From NCBI RefSeq assembly GCF_006345805.1, contig NC_043000.1, positions 121,644,001 through 121,708,000 of the forward strand: a DNA stretch of 64,000 nucleotides, written 5' to 3'. Each line of letters opens with the position of its first letter. Position 1 is the first letter of the stretch. Source of the DNA: Octopus sinensis (lineage: Eukaryota). Positions 1 through 12,774 of the stretch are shown piece by piece. Position numbers and translations under genes: made by a program. The notes below the pieces were generated by a model. That model ran no database searches, was not told the DNA's origin, and saw nothing but the letters and a program-made list of their open reading frames with translations.

Positions 1-205
1 CCATCCAAAACTCCTCTGTCAGATCTCTTATGCTTACATTTTTTTGAGGTTTTCACTTGGACATTCCACCAGTAATCCTTTTTATTATGAGTGGCTATGA
101 CTTCTATAGTAATTTAGGTTCTTATTTCTTTGACCTCAGCGTCATCTTTTCGACGGATCTCATTATACAATGACCTAGCTACAGCATCATGTTTCATGTA
201 TCTCT
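1..205 (-). mobile_element. Decayed R4/Dong-type non-LTR retrotransposon fragment (start of RLE endonuclease region)
   Basis: Manual minus-strand translation gives KHDAVARSLYNEIRRKD...DYWWNVQVKTSKKCKHKRSD, matching the RHD...WW...KHNRPD pattern of RLE-encoding LINEs; contains a stop. Confidence 0.7.
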
Positions 206-1140
206 CTTCTAATTTTTAAATATCATAGGTTATCCACTGGGGAGGGAGCGGATACAAAGCTTCATGTTTGGGTTGTAATTAACACAGACATTTGGAACTT
301 GAGAAAGGTCTGGCATATTTTTACTGTTTCACTCACAGATTCCACTTGTAATCTACGAATTAGCCGGTCAATTTCTCTTTCTGTAAATCCCAATTTATCC
401 AGATTCTTTTTAAGCATGTACGAAACCTAGCGCTCAAATTATTATTCGTATGCATATGAATTCACAGTCTGGATATAGAAGCTGGAGGTTTCAAAGCAGA
501 TGTCCATAGATATCCTGTTTTTTCTTCAAAGAGATATTTATACCAGGCTGACCTGTATGATTGTACATACCTTTGCCCCTCTGTCCCAAACAACAATATT
601 CGGTCTGTTGTTTCATTTGAAAGATGTTTTGATGCAAATATCCCATCAGTATTCCTTGAGTTGGTGCTTATGAATGTATTTCATAACAGAGGAATATTCT
701 ATGTTTATTTCAGGACAGTCTGTTTTGAGGATGGCCTTGTAATTTGTTTTAGCAACAACACTGTCCCGAATGTTGAAGTAGTACAGTGACGACATTTGGG
801 GACAGCTGCTAAATCACCTGCATAATATCTTCCACAGAAGCATGACATAGCCTACACATGCCGTTGCAGTTTGGAATTACGAGAGCGTCTCTGTCTCTCT
901 TGTTCACCAGGTACTTTGTGGCAATCTCCTCTTCCTGGATTACAAATGAATAACCTTGAACATGTGATTAGTGGTCTTGGGTTCAAGATAGGCTGCGCTT
1001 CGTGACAATTCTACTGTCATCTTCAAACCTATGCATGTATTTTGTTTTTGAAATGCTGATTGCTTTCCATCCAGCCTTCTCTGAGGTAAGAGAGTTCAGC
1101 ACGTTTGGGACTGTATAGGAGAGCATCAGGAAGTGTGTTT
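206..1140 (-). mobile_element. Decayed R4/Dong-type LINE 3' part (zinc knuckle + RLE + short 3' UTR)
   Basis: Minus-strand remnants: QEEEIATKYL...CRLCHASVEDIMQV (CCHC knuckle), EYWWDICIKT..NNRPNIVVWDR, LKKNLDKLGF..IRRLQVESVSETVKICQTFLKF; many frameshifts and stops. Confidence 0.8.
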
Positions 1141-1855
1141 TTTTAGGTGTTCATGTAAACTCGTGCAATGTATGTATGTATGTATGAATGTATCTATGTA
1201 TCTATGTATCTATGTATCTATGCATGCATGCATATATGTATGTAATTCACAGAAATATTGGGTACACCAATGAATAGTTGGTTTTCTCACTTCACTTATG
1301 TAATATATTGTTTCTGGTTTTGTTGGTAATTTAGATAGGTTTTCGACAGTTAATCAAATTCCAAGCGACAGTTTTTTATCCTGTGGATATCATTTGCGAA
1401 AATGTTTATGGCCTTAATGAAGACAGTCAGGTAACGGAATTTGTTGTAAGTTTGTAGGAAGATAAGTGATGTTAATTATTGCTTTCTTAAATTGCTGACA
1501 TACAACATTCAGTTTAACTATCTTTTTCTAAGAATATACAGATATGTGTGCGAAGGCTAACTATGTAAGTTCATAATGCTTTTTAATAGTTTTCACGTAG
1601 TACACTCGAATACAGGTCGCGGTCTTATAGCGACGAAAATATTTTGACAAATTAAACTTAAATCTTTAAGTGAATCGAACGGCTTTGTGTGTTTCTTATA
1701 TGGCTTACAAACACCTTCCACGCTGCAATTGTTTTCGTTCCAGCACACGATCTCAGATCAAATCACTTGCTGTGCAAGTACATCTCCGTAATATATATCT
1801 ATATGTGTGTGTTTTAACTGAAAAAAAAATGTAAAAGTTGAAATTGTTGCTAAAT

Positions 1856-2026
1856 GCGAAGAGAGTGGCTGTGTGGTAAGTAGCTTGCTAACCAACCACA
1901 TGGTTCCGGGTTCAGTCCCACTGCGTGGCATCTTGGGCAAGTGTCTTCTGCTATAGCCCCGGGCCGACCAATGCCTTGTGAGTGGATTTGGTAGACGGAA
2001 ACCGAAAGAAGCCTGTCGTATATATG

Positions 2027-2060
<34 letters not shown>

Positions 2061-2290
2061 ATATATGTGTGTGTGCGTGTGTTTGTGTGTCTGTGTTTGT
2101 CCCCCTAGCATTGCTTGACAACCGGTGCTGGTGTGTTTACGTCCCCGTCACTTAGCGGTTCGGCAAAAGAGACCGATAAAATTAGTACTGGGCTTACAAA
2201 TAATAAGTCCCGGGGTCGATTGGCTCGACTAAAGGCGGTGCTCCAGCAGTCAAATGACTGAAACAAGTAAAAGAGAGTAAAAGAGAGAGA
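1856..2290 (+). mobile_element. SINE family A (tRNA-derived, CORE-like, internal TA/TG microsatellite)
   Basis: A box TGGCTGTGTGG, B box GGTTCAGTCC, CTTGGGCAAGTGTC core-like segment, tail ending AAGTAAAAGAG; about 13 copies in window. Confidence 0.9.
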
Positions 2291-2449
2291 GTTAAAAAAT
2301 ATATTTCGATCTATAAAAATGTTCCTTTCCCACGCTTAGCCCCCCCCCCCACATATTTTTCAGTTTCAAATATTTTGCTTGCCAAATCTTACCGGTTCAT
2401 TTCGTCGTAAATTTATTATATTTATACGTTTTACATAATTGCATAGTCA

Positions 2450-3720
2450 TTGAATAACTGCTTGGTATTACTAACAAGCTGCATTCTGAAAAATTCATTT
2501 TAATTCACCCATTAAATACTAGGTTTTTCTTCGTGTATATTATACAACGGTAAACTGTTTCTTTTAACATTATTTAGTATTGTTTAGATTCTATGATTAC
2601 TCCTGAATTTGTATTTCCTTTGTGCTTGTTGTACTGTTTAATACATATATTCTTAATTGTTTCTAAGCCAGTATTTTATGTAAGCATGTGTTCTATTATC
2701 TAAGAACAACATGACGGTAATAATGATAGTAATTCTTACAATTTTATACATTCTTGTAACTCAAGTGTTGCGTTTGACGCAGGTATTTCATTTGTTTATA
2801 ATTTGAACATGATAAACATTTGTTTATCATTGTAACATGAGACAGTCCATATAATAAATATAGAATTTAATTCCTCTGTCATGGCATTTGTATCAGAGCT
2901 TTGTTGGTCAAAGCTCTTACTTGTAGAAAGGGAGTGATAATGCACTGAAAATACGTCTCTTCCGTAAAATGAATTGCGGTTATTCACCTCAAAATCTCTC
3001 TCTATATAAACGGCAGTTTGTCTGTGCGTGTTTCTGTGTGTCTGTTTGCTTGTACCCTCACCCTGACCACGGCTTTCAACCGATTCTGATGAAACTTGAC
3101 ACACACATAGCACAATGTCATAATTCAAAACTAACGCAGAGAGAATTTTGAAAAGTTCCCCCAGTTCTGAAAAAAAATCGATAAATTCGACATGGGGTCA
3201 AGAATCAGAAACACAAACCGCAAACTGTCTAGGGGACGCAACTTCACCTTTTTTTACTCTCAAAAATAATTTACCATCATTTTTTTCCTATTTTTTGGCT
3301 ATAACTCTCTAAAAATGCTTTATAGTTATTTCCCTTACAAACCTGAGCAACGCCGGGCGATACTGCTAGTATCCATATACAGGAGGGAGAGTAGCTCCTT
3401 TCGAAACAAAAATCATTTCATCTGATTTATTGACATTTATTTATACCTTGCATAATATATCGGCTTATTATTGGTGTAACTTTGCATATAGCTAATACTT
3501 CTATGATCCACCTTTAAGAAACAATATAAAAGCATCTTGGAGGTCAATTGTTGCCGTTATCAGAATCTTCGTTCTTCCCCTGCTCTTAATATGGTATTCA
3601 TATTGTCAACCAACTTCACTTTCGCAATATTCATACGTTTATTCTGGAAATAATTTTCCTTCTGTGTCTTGATTTAGCCTCAGTATTATTATACCAATTT
3701 TCTATGTAAGGCATTGGACG
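2450..3720 (-). mobile_element. Decayed R4/Dong-type reverse transcriptase fragment, interrupted by a Helitron
   Basis: Remnants KLFPE*..ILITATIDLQDAF..GATL..FEVNNRNSFYGRDVFS..EELNSIFI align by eye to LFPEEQKG..WIDYKKAF..GIFQGDSLS..LNHLFYMDD of R4-clade RTs. Confidence 0.6.
2995..3369 (+). mobile_element. Non-autonomous Helitron
   Basis: 5' TC (TCTCTCTCTATATAAAC), subterminal GC palindrome CGCCGGGCG, 3' CTAG, inserted between A and T, no TSD; termini shared with two other copies. Confidence 0.85.
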
Positions 3721-3735
3721 GCTGTTAATATATCA

Positions 3736-3906
3736 GGCGTAGGAGTGGCTGTGTGGTAAGTAGCTTTCTTACCAACCACATGGTTGCGGGTTCAGTTCCA
3801 CTGCGTGACACTTTGGGCAAGTGTATTCTACTATAGCCTCGGGTCGACCAAAGCCTTGTGAGTGGATTTGGTAGACGGAAACTGAAAGAAGCCCATCGTA
3901 TATATG

Positions 3907-3937
<31 letters not shown>

Positions 3938-4112
3938 TATATGTTTGTGTGTCTGTGATTGTCCCCCCAACATTACTTGACAACCGATGCTGGTGTGTTT
4001 ACGTCGCCGTAACTTCGCGGTTCGGCAAAAGAGACAGATAGAATAAGTACTAGGCTTGCAAAGAATAAGTGCTGGGGTCGATTTGCTGGTCACAGTCAAA
4101 TGACTGCAACAA
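3736..4112 (+). mobile_element. SINE family A
   Basis: Near full-length match to other family A copies. Confidence 0.9.
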
Positions 4113-4784
4113 AAAGTAGACTGTTCGGATTTGCAGATTTTTGGTCTTCATTAAATCAGTTCTATTCTCAGACACACATACATAAAGAGAGAGAGGAGAG
4201 AGAGGAAGATAGAAGAAAGTGAGGGAGGGAAAAAGAGAGAGAGAAAGAGGAAGAAAGAATTAGAGAGAAAAACAGAGAAATATTTATTGCTTTTTTTCTG
4301 TAAACAATAGAGTAATTTGCTTAAACTTGTTCCTTTTAATATTTCAACCAGAAGTTTGCGAGCTACACAGTTTATGGTGCCTTCTTCTATTTTGTTTCTT
4401 TCTCGCAAGGTAAGGCATCCTACAACTATTCTAAGTCTGATCTGATGGCACCACTAATGTCGTCTGTGATGTGTCATTCTTAAGATGATTCATTCATTGC
4501 GATGAGTCATGCCACCGCAGAATGCTCCTAATTCTCTCACCTTTGGAGCTACATTCGCTTCTATTTCCCTTTTAAATGCTTGATAAAATGGTTGCAAGTT
4601 AGTCTGAATGTTCTCTTTTACTTTTGTATTTGTCGTTGTCATTTCCCACTTATTAATTCTTTGAGATTTCGAGATTATTGTGCTTCATGTCTACCTTGGA
4701 TTCTGAATATTTCTTTGCTTTTTTGTTTCTGTATATTTTACATCTGGATCTTCCGTTTGGATTTACAATCATTCTCTTATAATG

Positions 4785-4826
<42 letters not shown>

Positions 4827-5665
4827 TGTGTGTCTGTGATTGTCCCCCCAACATTACTTGACAACCGATGCTGTGTGTTTACGTCGCCGTAACTTCGCGG
4901 TTCGGCAAAAGAGACAGATAGAATAAGTACTAGGCTTGCAAAGAATAAGTGCTGGGGTCGATTTGCTGGTCACAGTCAAATGACTGCAACAAAAAGTAGA
5001 CTGTTCGGATTTGCAGATTTTTGGTCTTCATTAAATCAGTTCTATTCTCAGACACACATACATAAAGAGAGAGAGGAGAGAGAGGAAGATAGAAGAAAGT
5101 GAGGGAGGGAAAAAGAGAGAGAAAGAGGAAGAAAGAATTAGAGAGAAAAACAGAGAAATATTTATTGCTTTTTTTCTGTAAACAATAGAGTAATTTGCTT
5201 AAACTTGTTCCTTTTTAAATATTTCAACCAGAAGTTTGCGAGCTACACAGTTTATGGTGCCTTCTTCTATTTTGTTTCTTTCTCGCAAGGTAAGGCATCC
5301 TACAACTATTCTAAGTCTGATCTGATGGCACCACATAATGTCGTCTGTGATGTGTCATTCTTTAAGATGATTCATTCATTGCGATGAGTCATGCCACCGC
5401 AGAATGCTCCTAATTCTCTCACCTTTGGAGCTACATTCGCTTCTATTTCCCTTTTAAATGCTTGATAAAATGGTTGCAAGTTAGTCTGAATGTCTCTTTT
5501 ACTTTATGTATCGTTGTCAATTTTCCCACTTATTAATTCTTTGAGATTTCGAGATATTGTGCTTCATGTCTACCTTGGATTCTGAATATTTCTTTTGCTT
5601 TTTTGTTTCTGTATATTTTACATCTGGATCTTCCGTTTGGATTTACAATCATTCTCTTAATAATG
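3943..5665 (+). repeat. 881-bp tandem duplication (3943-4784 and 4824-5665) bounded by (TA)n
   Basis: Constant 881-bp offset at both ends; differences are almost all 1-2 nt indels. Confidence 0.95.
4450..4790 (-). mobile_element. Decayed R4-type pre-RT fragment (duplicated at about 5330-5665)
   Basis: ENIQTNLQPFYQAFKREIEANVAPKVRELGAFCGGMTHRNE resembles the F-TNQK-FY...P..EE..FW...HN..AEW region upstream of R4 RT. Confidence 0.45.
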
Positions 5666-5719
5666 ATATATAATATATATATATATATTTGTTTTCGCGT
5701 TGTTTCACTAGATGTTGAC

Positions 5720-6330
5720 ATTGCTATATCGATAGCTTTGAAAATACTGGTGAAATTACACATATTGTTTCATGTGATCTGGTGATGTTTGTTCTAAATC
5801 CAAGATAGCTAATTTAGTTCATTGTTATAATTTCACAATTAAATGTATTCTTCCCAATAATTATTATCGAATTCCATATTTACGCTACTATCAAACCAAT
5901 CGTGTCCCTCTATAGATTTTCTATATTTATATATGTTATATTGTGCGTATTTATAATTACTCAAGTGTTCAACTTCCTTTTGCACTGGATGATATTTTGT
6001 TCTAGATTGCATATTGTAGCTTTCTTCCTTTTCCAAGTGTTTGAATTATTTTCGTAGATTCAGTTGCAAAATTTTATTTGGCTTGTTGTTTTAGTTTTTG
6101 TTAGGCATTCAATAATCTATTTTCCTGTCTAATATTGCTTTGCGTTCAGAAATTACTTCCTGAAATTAGCAAGATATTAATGATCCAAATTTCATTTTAG
6201 AAAGTTGCTTTTAGATGATCCTTAGATTCTATTAAATAAATAATATTTAGCTTGTCTGGAAAAAAACAATATTGCTGTAATTTTTTGTTATTCTGGAAAA
6301 GTTGTGGCTAAATTGAGGTTTAATCCACAC
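5720..6330 (-). mobile_element. Decayed R4-type pre-RT fragment
   Basis: NKILQLNLRK*FKHLEKEE..PVQKEVEHLSNY..HDWFDSSVNMEFDN (includes ORF 5839-6036) fits the same pre-RT region. Confidence 0.45.
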
Positions 6331-7009
6331 CTTTAAATATTTTTGAAAAATGTATCTGCCGAGACCGTCCCGGATTTAAGGCTTCAATGGATAAAATAGC
6401 TGTAACTTTAATGATTATTTGTTTCTTGAATAAATTATCAATGCTATCAAAGTATCACCATTTTTGTGTCCTTTCCAGCTTCGTGATAAATTATGGGTCC
6501 AACGCGAATTTTTATTTTATAATACTGTCGAGTCAAACGGATCCACTAGCTTAAATATTTTTTTATTGCTGCTTGAGTCTTCAAGCATTTAGTGGAATTG
6601 TGAGAGAATATACAACAGTAGATGCTGTACAACCTGATGAAAGGTCGGTCAAGAAAAAAAAAACATACATAGCAGGAGCTATATAGTGGATTGTGAGAGA
6701 GAGAAACGCGTAATGGGATTTTCCAAAGATTCGGAGTGAGATAGAGCTATCACCTACAGCAGAGTTGGCCAAAGCAAGGAAGAAAGAATGTAGAGGGATA
6801 AATGGAGAGATAGATGAAAGAATACGGAAGAACTATAGAATTGCGAGATGATAGTTGGATGCTCACAACGGAAGAAAGGTAGTTAGCTACGGAGACGGAA
6901 GAAAATTGATAGAGAAAGAAAACGTAACAAAGACACCTGGGAGGATTATACCACAAGAATATCTATAAGTAAAGGAAATGATTGAGAAAGAGGTGGATAG
7001 GAAAGGAGG

Positions 7010-7065
<56 letters not shown>

Positions 7066-7440
7066 GATTATGTGTATATATATATGATTATATATCTAAA
7101 GATATGTATATATACATATATACATATGAATATATATAAACATACTTATATACATATAGATATATATATACAGAAATACATATATATATATATATATACA
7201 TATATATATGCATATACTTATAGACATATATATATATATATATACACACACGCACACCGCACACACACGCACTCAAAAGGTGCGTCTGAGGTTCAACAGT
7301 TTCACAATAAGTATAGGCACGGTAAATCAATTCCACATTCCACCCTTATCTCTGAAGTGGTTTCACAAACTTTTCAAAGCTAGATAGGCTAGTTTGGAAA
7401 ATTCGCACACTGTATGTCGGCACGCAGTAAGCTTGCCATA

Positions 7441-7581
7441 GGCACAGCTATGGTTGTGTGGTGAGAAGCTTTTTTTTCGCAACGACGTGTCTCAGGTTTC
7501 AGTCCCGCTTCGTGGCACCTTCGGCAAATGTCGTCTATTATGGCTTCGAGCCGACCAATTTCTTGTGAGTGGACTTGGTAG

Positions 7582-7637
<56 letters not shown>

Positions 7638-7857
7638 TGTGTGTGTGAGTGCGCGTGTGTTTGTGTGTCTATCTTAGTCCCCCTATCTTCACTTGATAAC
7701 CTATGTTGGTGTGTTTACCTCCCCTTAACTTTGCGGTTCGGCAAAATTAACCGATAGTAACTAAGCTTACAAAGATTAAGTTCTGGGGCCGATGTGTTCG
7801 GTTAAAGGCGGTGTGCCGGCATGGCCGCAATCAAATGACTGAAAAAAGTAAAAGAAT
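7441..7857 (+). mobile_element. SINE family A (diverged)
   Basis: Colinear with other family A copies. Confidence 0.85.
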
Positions 7858-8491
7858 TCCTATGCTAATATGTATCTGTGTGTCTGCGTGTCTGTGTGTC
7901 TGTGAAGGTGAAGACAGCCGACGTCATTTGTATGGGAACTAGGCATTTAAGCTCACACCATTCATGTTTTGCCGCTCTCCTGAAAAGTTTACTCGACATA
8001 TAGCATAAATAATGGGTATGTTTCTACTTTCTACTCCTTCATTTCCTCTCTCTCTATCTCTCTCTCCCGAAAAAACAGAAGCACACATATACTATTGTAA
8101 TATAGCAAATGCGTACAACGTGATCTACAAAATGACGATAAACAGAAATAGACGTTTATAACCATAACACAAATATGCACAAATTACTTTTCTCCAAGAG
8201 AACTCATATTGCAGACATCGACGACATAGAAATGGGATTAAAAATTAAGTTAGAGAAACGAAAGCTTCTATTAATTATAAAAATGAAATTGTAGCAATTT
8301 ACAAAAAATATCTTTTGCTATGAGTCTCAGGCTTAAAGTACACTAAGGCGTCACATTGTCACAAAATTTCTCTTTAATATTTTTGATTTCGTTTACGAAT
8401 GTTTGCCAATTTTTTTTTTGTATTTTGAAGTATATTATAACTAATAGTTTTCTCAAAAATAATATTTTAGTGTTCAGTATAAAAAAATGAT

Positions 8492-8875
8492 AAGTCGGTA
8501 AACTGGCAGAAACGTCAGCACGCCGGACTAAACGCTTAGCGGTATTTCGTCTGCCGTTACGTTGTGAGTTCAAATTCCGCCGAGGTCGACTTTGCCTTTC
8601 GGGGTCGATTAAATAAGTACCAGTTACGCACTGGTGTCGATATAATCGACTTAATCCGTTTGTCTGTCCTTGTTTGTCCTCTCTGTGTTTAGCCCCTTGT
8701 GGGTAGTAAAGAAATAAGTATTTCGTCCGCTTTTACATTCTGAGTTCAAATTCAGCCGTGCGCAACTTTTGTTTTTTATCCTTTCGGGGCTCGATAAATT
8801 AAGTACCAACTAATCGATTGCCTCCCCCACCTCTATAAAAAATTCGGGTTTTGTGTCTAGAGAATAAAAGAATAT
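8492..8875 (+). mobile_element. SINE family B, two modules in tandem
   Basis: tRNA-like head with GAGTTCAAATTCC B box and central GTCGACTTTGCCTTTC..GGGGTCGAT..AAGTACCAG domain (reminiscent of the Meta-SINE domain, unverified); long tail ends AAGAAATAA at 8717, second module starts 8718. Confidence 0.85.
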
Positions 8876-9813
8876 GCTTAGCTGCCTATCTTGTGGATTT
8901 TTAATTTATACATTCAAATACCACTGTGGTGAACCCTACTATTCATCATTTTGAGGTTGACAAAATAAGACACTCTTTAAGCACAGAGTTCGATCTAATC
9001 CACTCCCACTTTCCTCAAATTTGCTGCCCTTGAAACCTGCAATGAACCTGTGTCCGCTTCAGAGGAATTGTTGTAGTATCGGTCAATTATATGCCATCCA
9101 ACCTGAGTAACAGGCCTTATGAATGATCGCTCGGGGGTAAAAAGTAATAAATAACAATGCCATTAGACCTATCTAAAATGTTGTCCTGAAACTTGAGATA
9201 TCGATTAATGATCAGGTTTCAAACACAACAGTATCAATTTCTCTTGTCATTCATCCAGATTATAGAAATTAGTGATGTTTGAGTAGCGTTATTTCCGTAA
9301 CTGAAGATAATCCCCCCGAAATGAAATGGTGGCCATTCAGCATGTGACGAAACACGTTTGAAGCCTTTTGCAAAATATGGAGATCAGTCAAAATGTTGGG
9401 GAGCTGATATTTATGTTACTTTTGCGTTCTGAGTTTAAAATTCACAGGATTCAGAGGCATTCTCCAACTTCGAAAGAAGCATATAGAATATAAATATCAT
9501 ATATTACTGCACCTTTGTTCTTCAAAGGGTATGCACTCGTGATTATAAATATTTGTCGTTTCTATCTTTAAATTGCTGTCAAGATTTTTATCGATATTTA
9601 TATTCTTCGTATTTATAGAAGTCTATCATCAATCATTATTCTTCGAAATGCTGGTTTATGTGACATATACGCGCGCAAAATAAACATTGTGGTTCAAGCC
9701 GTTGAAATATAAAGAAGCGTACGGACAACGATTCGCCATATATAAATAAATGAATAAATAAATAAACACTTATGCGCGTGTGCACAAACGCATGCACACA
9801 ATTCTTGCATACG

Positions 9814-9860
<47 letters not shown>

Positions 9861-10005
9861 ATATATATATATATTATATATATATATATCCATCTATTAA
9901 TCCATCTATCTATTTATCTATTATCCATCTTTCTATCTATCTATCTATCTATCTATTTATCTATTTATCCATCTTTCTATCTATCTATCTATCTATCTAT
10001 ATATA

Positions 10006-10048
<43 letters not shown>

Positions 10049-10697
10049 CTGTTATCCTGAAGACTGATGCTATCAGAATGTCATTTGTAAAACTGATAAG
10101 AAAATGTTTCCTCAGATGTCAAGAATCTCAGATTTCTTGCGTAATACAAGATGGTGTGCTGTATCAATTTGTATTTATTACCTGATTATGCCTAAATTCT
10201 TTGTCGCATGTATTATTTTGACACCGTAATTCTGTGTGTCAAACAGACTATATTTCAAACTTGCTGTGTGGGTTTTTTTTTAAATTGTTGTCATGGCTAC
10301 ATTAGTCGGTGAACTGAAACACTACTTTTATTAACACAACTACATATTTTAACTTGAACAGTGTGACTCCAATATAGTTGATATTTTCATTAAAATTATG
10401 ACAAGCTGTCGTGTACTTGTACGAAATATTTCTACTAAAGTTCAAACATATACGTATAGATGGTAGATGCGTTCAGAAATGTTTGTAATTCAATTGCTAA
10501 TAGACAGCGGGTGATTCCATCCTTTATTATTTCATCCTCTATTTATGTAAACGCGTTCTTGTTTTAGTTTGCGAAAGGAGCAGCCTTCAACATTGTCAAT
10601 GCTAAAGACCAAACATTTGACAGTGTTGAGGTTATTATGCTTAACTCTTGCGCGTTACAATTCTCGTTGGTAGTAATAACATTTCTATAATGGATGT

Positions 10698-11078
10698 GGA
10701 GGCGCAATGGCCCAGTGGTTAGGGCAGCGGACTCGCGGTTGTAGAATCGCGGTTTCAATTCCCAGACCGGGCGTTGTGAGTGGTTATTGAGCGAAAACAC
10801 ATAAAGCTCCACGAGGCTCTGGCAGGGGATGGTGGTGATCCCTGCTGTACTCTTTCACCACAACTTTCTCTCACTCTTACTTCCTGTTTGTGTTGTACCT
10901 GTATTTCAAAGGGCCGGCCTTGTCACTCTCTGTGTCACGCTGAATATCCCCGAGAACTACGTTAAGGGTACACGTGTCTGGGGAATGCTCAGCCACGTAC
11001 ACGTTAATTTCACGAGCAGGCTGTTCCGTTGATCGGATCAACCGGAACACTCGTCGTCGTAACCGACGGAGTGCTTCC
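10698..11078 (+). mobile_element. SINE family C (tRNA-derived head) with D-type tail
   Basis: A box TGGCCCAGTGG, B-box-like GGTTTCAATTCC; head shared with 30511 and 44060 copies; tail shared with family D. Confidence 0.85.
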
Positions 11079-11419
11079 CACATAATGGATGCAGTTATTC
11101 GATGGGTTGTTTTGGTATATTAATGGAACGCCCGTCATGTCTTCAGGACTTGTGGGTTCTAACCCCACAAGAATCCATCGATATTATTTTTTTCTTTTTA
11201 AAACCAAAATGTTTTTCAAGAGAATATTTACATGCTATTGATTGTAGTGTTATATTTATCTACAGACACAATTCTAAAATAAACTAATTCCACGTTCTCT
11301 CGAATATCTGAGGATGCCAACAAACACACACACGCACACACATAAACACACACATACAAACATACACACACACACACATATAAATATATATATATATAAA
11401 TATATATATATAATATATA

Positions 11420-11480
<61 letters not shown>

Positions 11481-11582
11481 CAAAATGAGGGTGAAAAAAT
11501 TGTATATTAATTTAATAACATCAATTCAACACCAGTGGTTTAGCGCATAAAAAACTGAGATTCAGTAAATATTATTAATACG

Positions 11583-11796
11583 CATATGAGAGAGAATCAA
11601 CTAAAGTGGACGCCCTTACGCTAAAGAGAGATCCGCATGACTCTCAACCACTAAGAATTGTTCTCAATAAAAAATTTAGCACACAATGAACGTAAGCGAG
11701 CAGGACAAATGAAAAATAACATTTTTGTTATTTTTCATTTGTCCTGCTGGCTTACGTTCATTTTTTTCTTGAGAACAATGGATTCTCTCTCATATG
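11583..11796. repeat. Fold-back (palindromic MITE-like) element
   Basis: 37-bp arms 11685-11721/11726-11762 (1 mismatch, TTTT loop), plus outer arms ATTGTTCTCAA.. and a perfect 16-bp CATATGAGAGAGAATC. Confidence 0.85.
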
Positions 11797-11809
11797 TATA
11801 TATATATAT

Positions 11810-11812
<3 letters not shown>

Positions 11813-11908
<96 letters not shown>
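11813..11908 (+). repeat. (GATA)n microsatellite
   Basis: Long uninterrupted GATA run. Confidence 0.98.
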
Positions 11909-12774
11909 TACAACTGAACATTTTATTTTGGTGTCAACCCCATTGAACGTGTTCGGCTATATGGTATTATTTCTAACTTCCTATGATTTGTACTTCTGTA
12001 TTTATGCTTCATCTTCCGTTTTTAATTATATTGGTTTTCCTGTATAGAAGGAAACAGTTTCTGAGATTCAATCGTATATAACAATACTGAAATATATATA
12101 TAAGAGCAACTGTGAAAGATTTTATGTATCATATTAGAAACATTTCTGCCGTTTACATGTTCGCTTATAGATTTTTATTTGAAAAGAGTGCTTACCCCAC
12201 TCACGCCCTTTGTAATAATTCGAGATTTCTATTTCTAAATTTAGCAAGATGGCGATGCATATTATTATCTGAGGTGACAAGCGTGAATATATAAACCAGG
12301 TAGACAAGATGTATGTCTCGACGTTTTGTCCATAAATATTCGATTTATTACTGTTGTTGAACCACATATCAGACCATTTTGGTCGCTGATCTCCCTAATG
12401 TATAAATTTACTGCTTTCTCCAAGTTGTCTTTATTACGCTTTGATGTGAGGATCATGTTAAAACTTTAATAGAATTATTTTATACATATTCATTTTTTGA
12501 AAAAAATATAAGCGTTCAATTACAGAAGTATCTAATATTTATTCCAGAATATCCTTTTCTCAGAAGTAATATCATACCACATAAATTGTTAGATGTCTAT
12601 TACGTCACATTACAGAGAAAAATATTACACACAACTCACGTATAAGATATATTCCGCATAAATCTAGGATGTTCAAAATATTTGCTCGGGTCCTTTGTTT
12701 ACATGTACATATATTACTAAAATGTTTTTTTTTTTTTTTTTTTCAATTGTTTCTGAAATTACACTTGAATCTTT

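Noticed and set aside
4155-4415. TCAGTT initiator + GA-rich leader + AAG|GTAAGG donor as a first exon
   Set aside because: Lies between a SINE and LINE remnants inside a possibly artefactual duplication; there is no independent support.
6634-6720. CTGATGA followed later by GAAACGCGT as a hammerhead
   Set aside because: No helix II or helix I pairing between the motifs.
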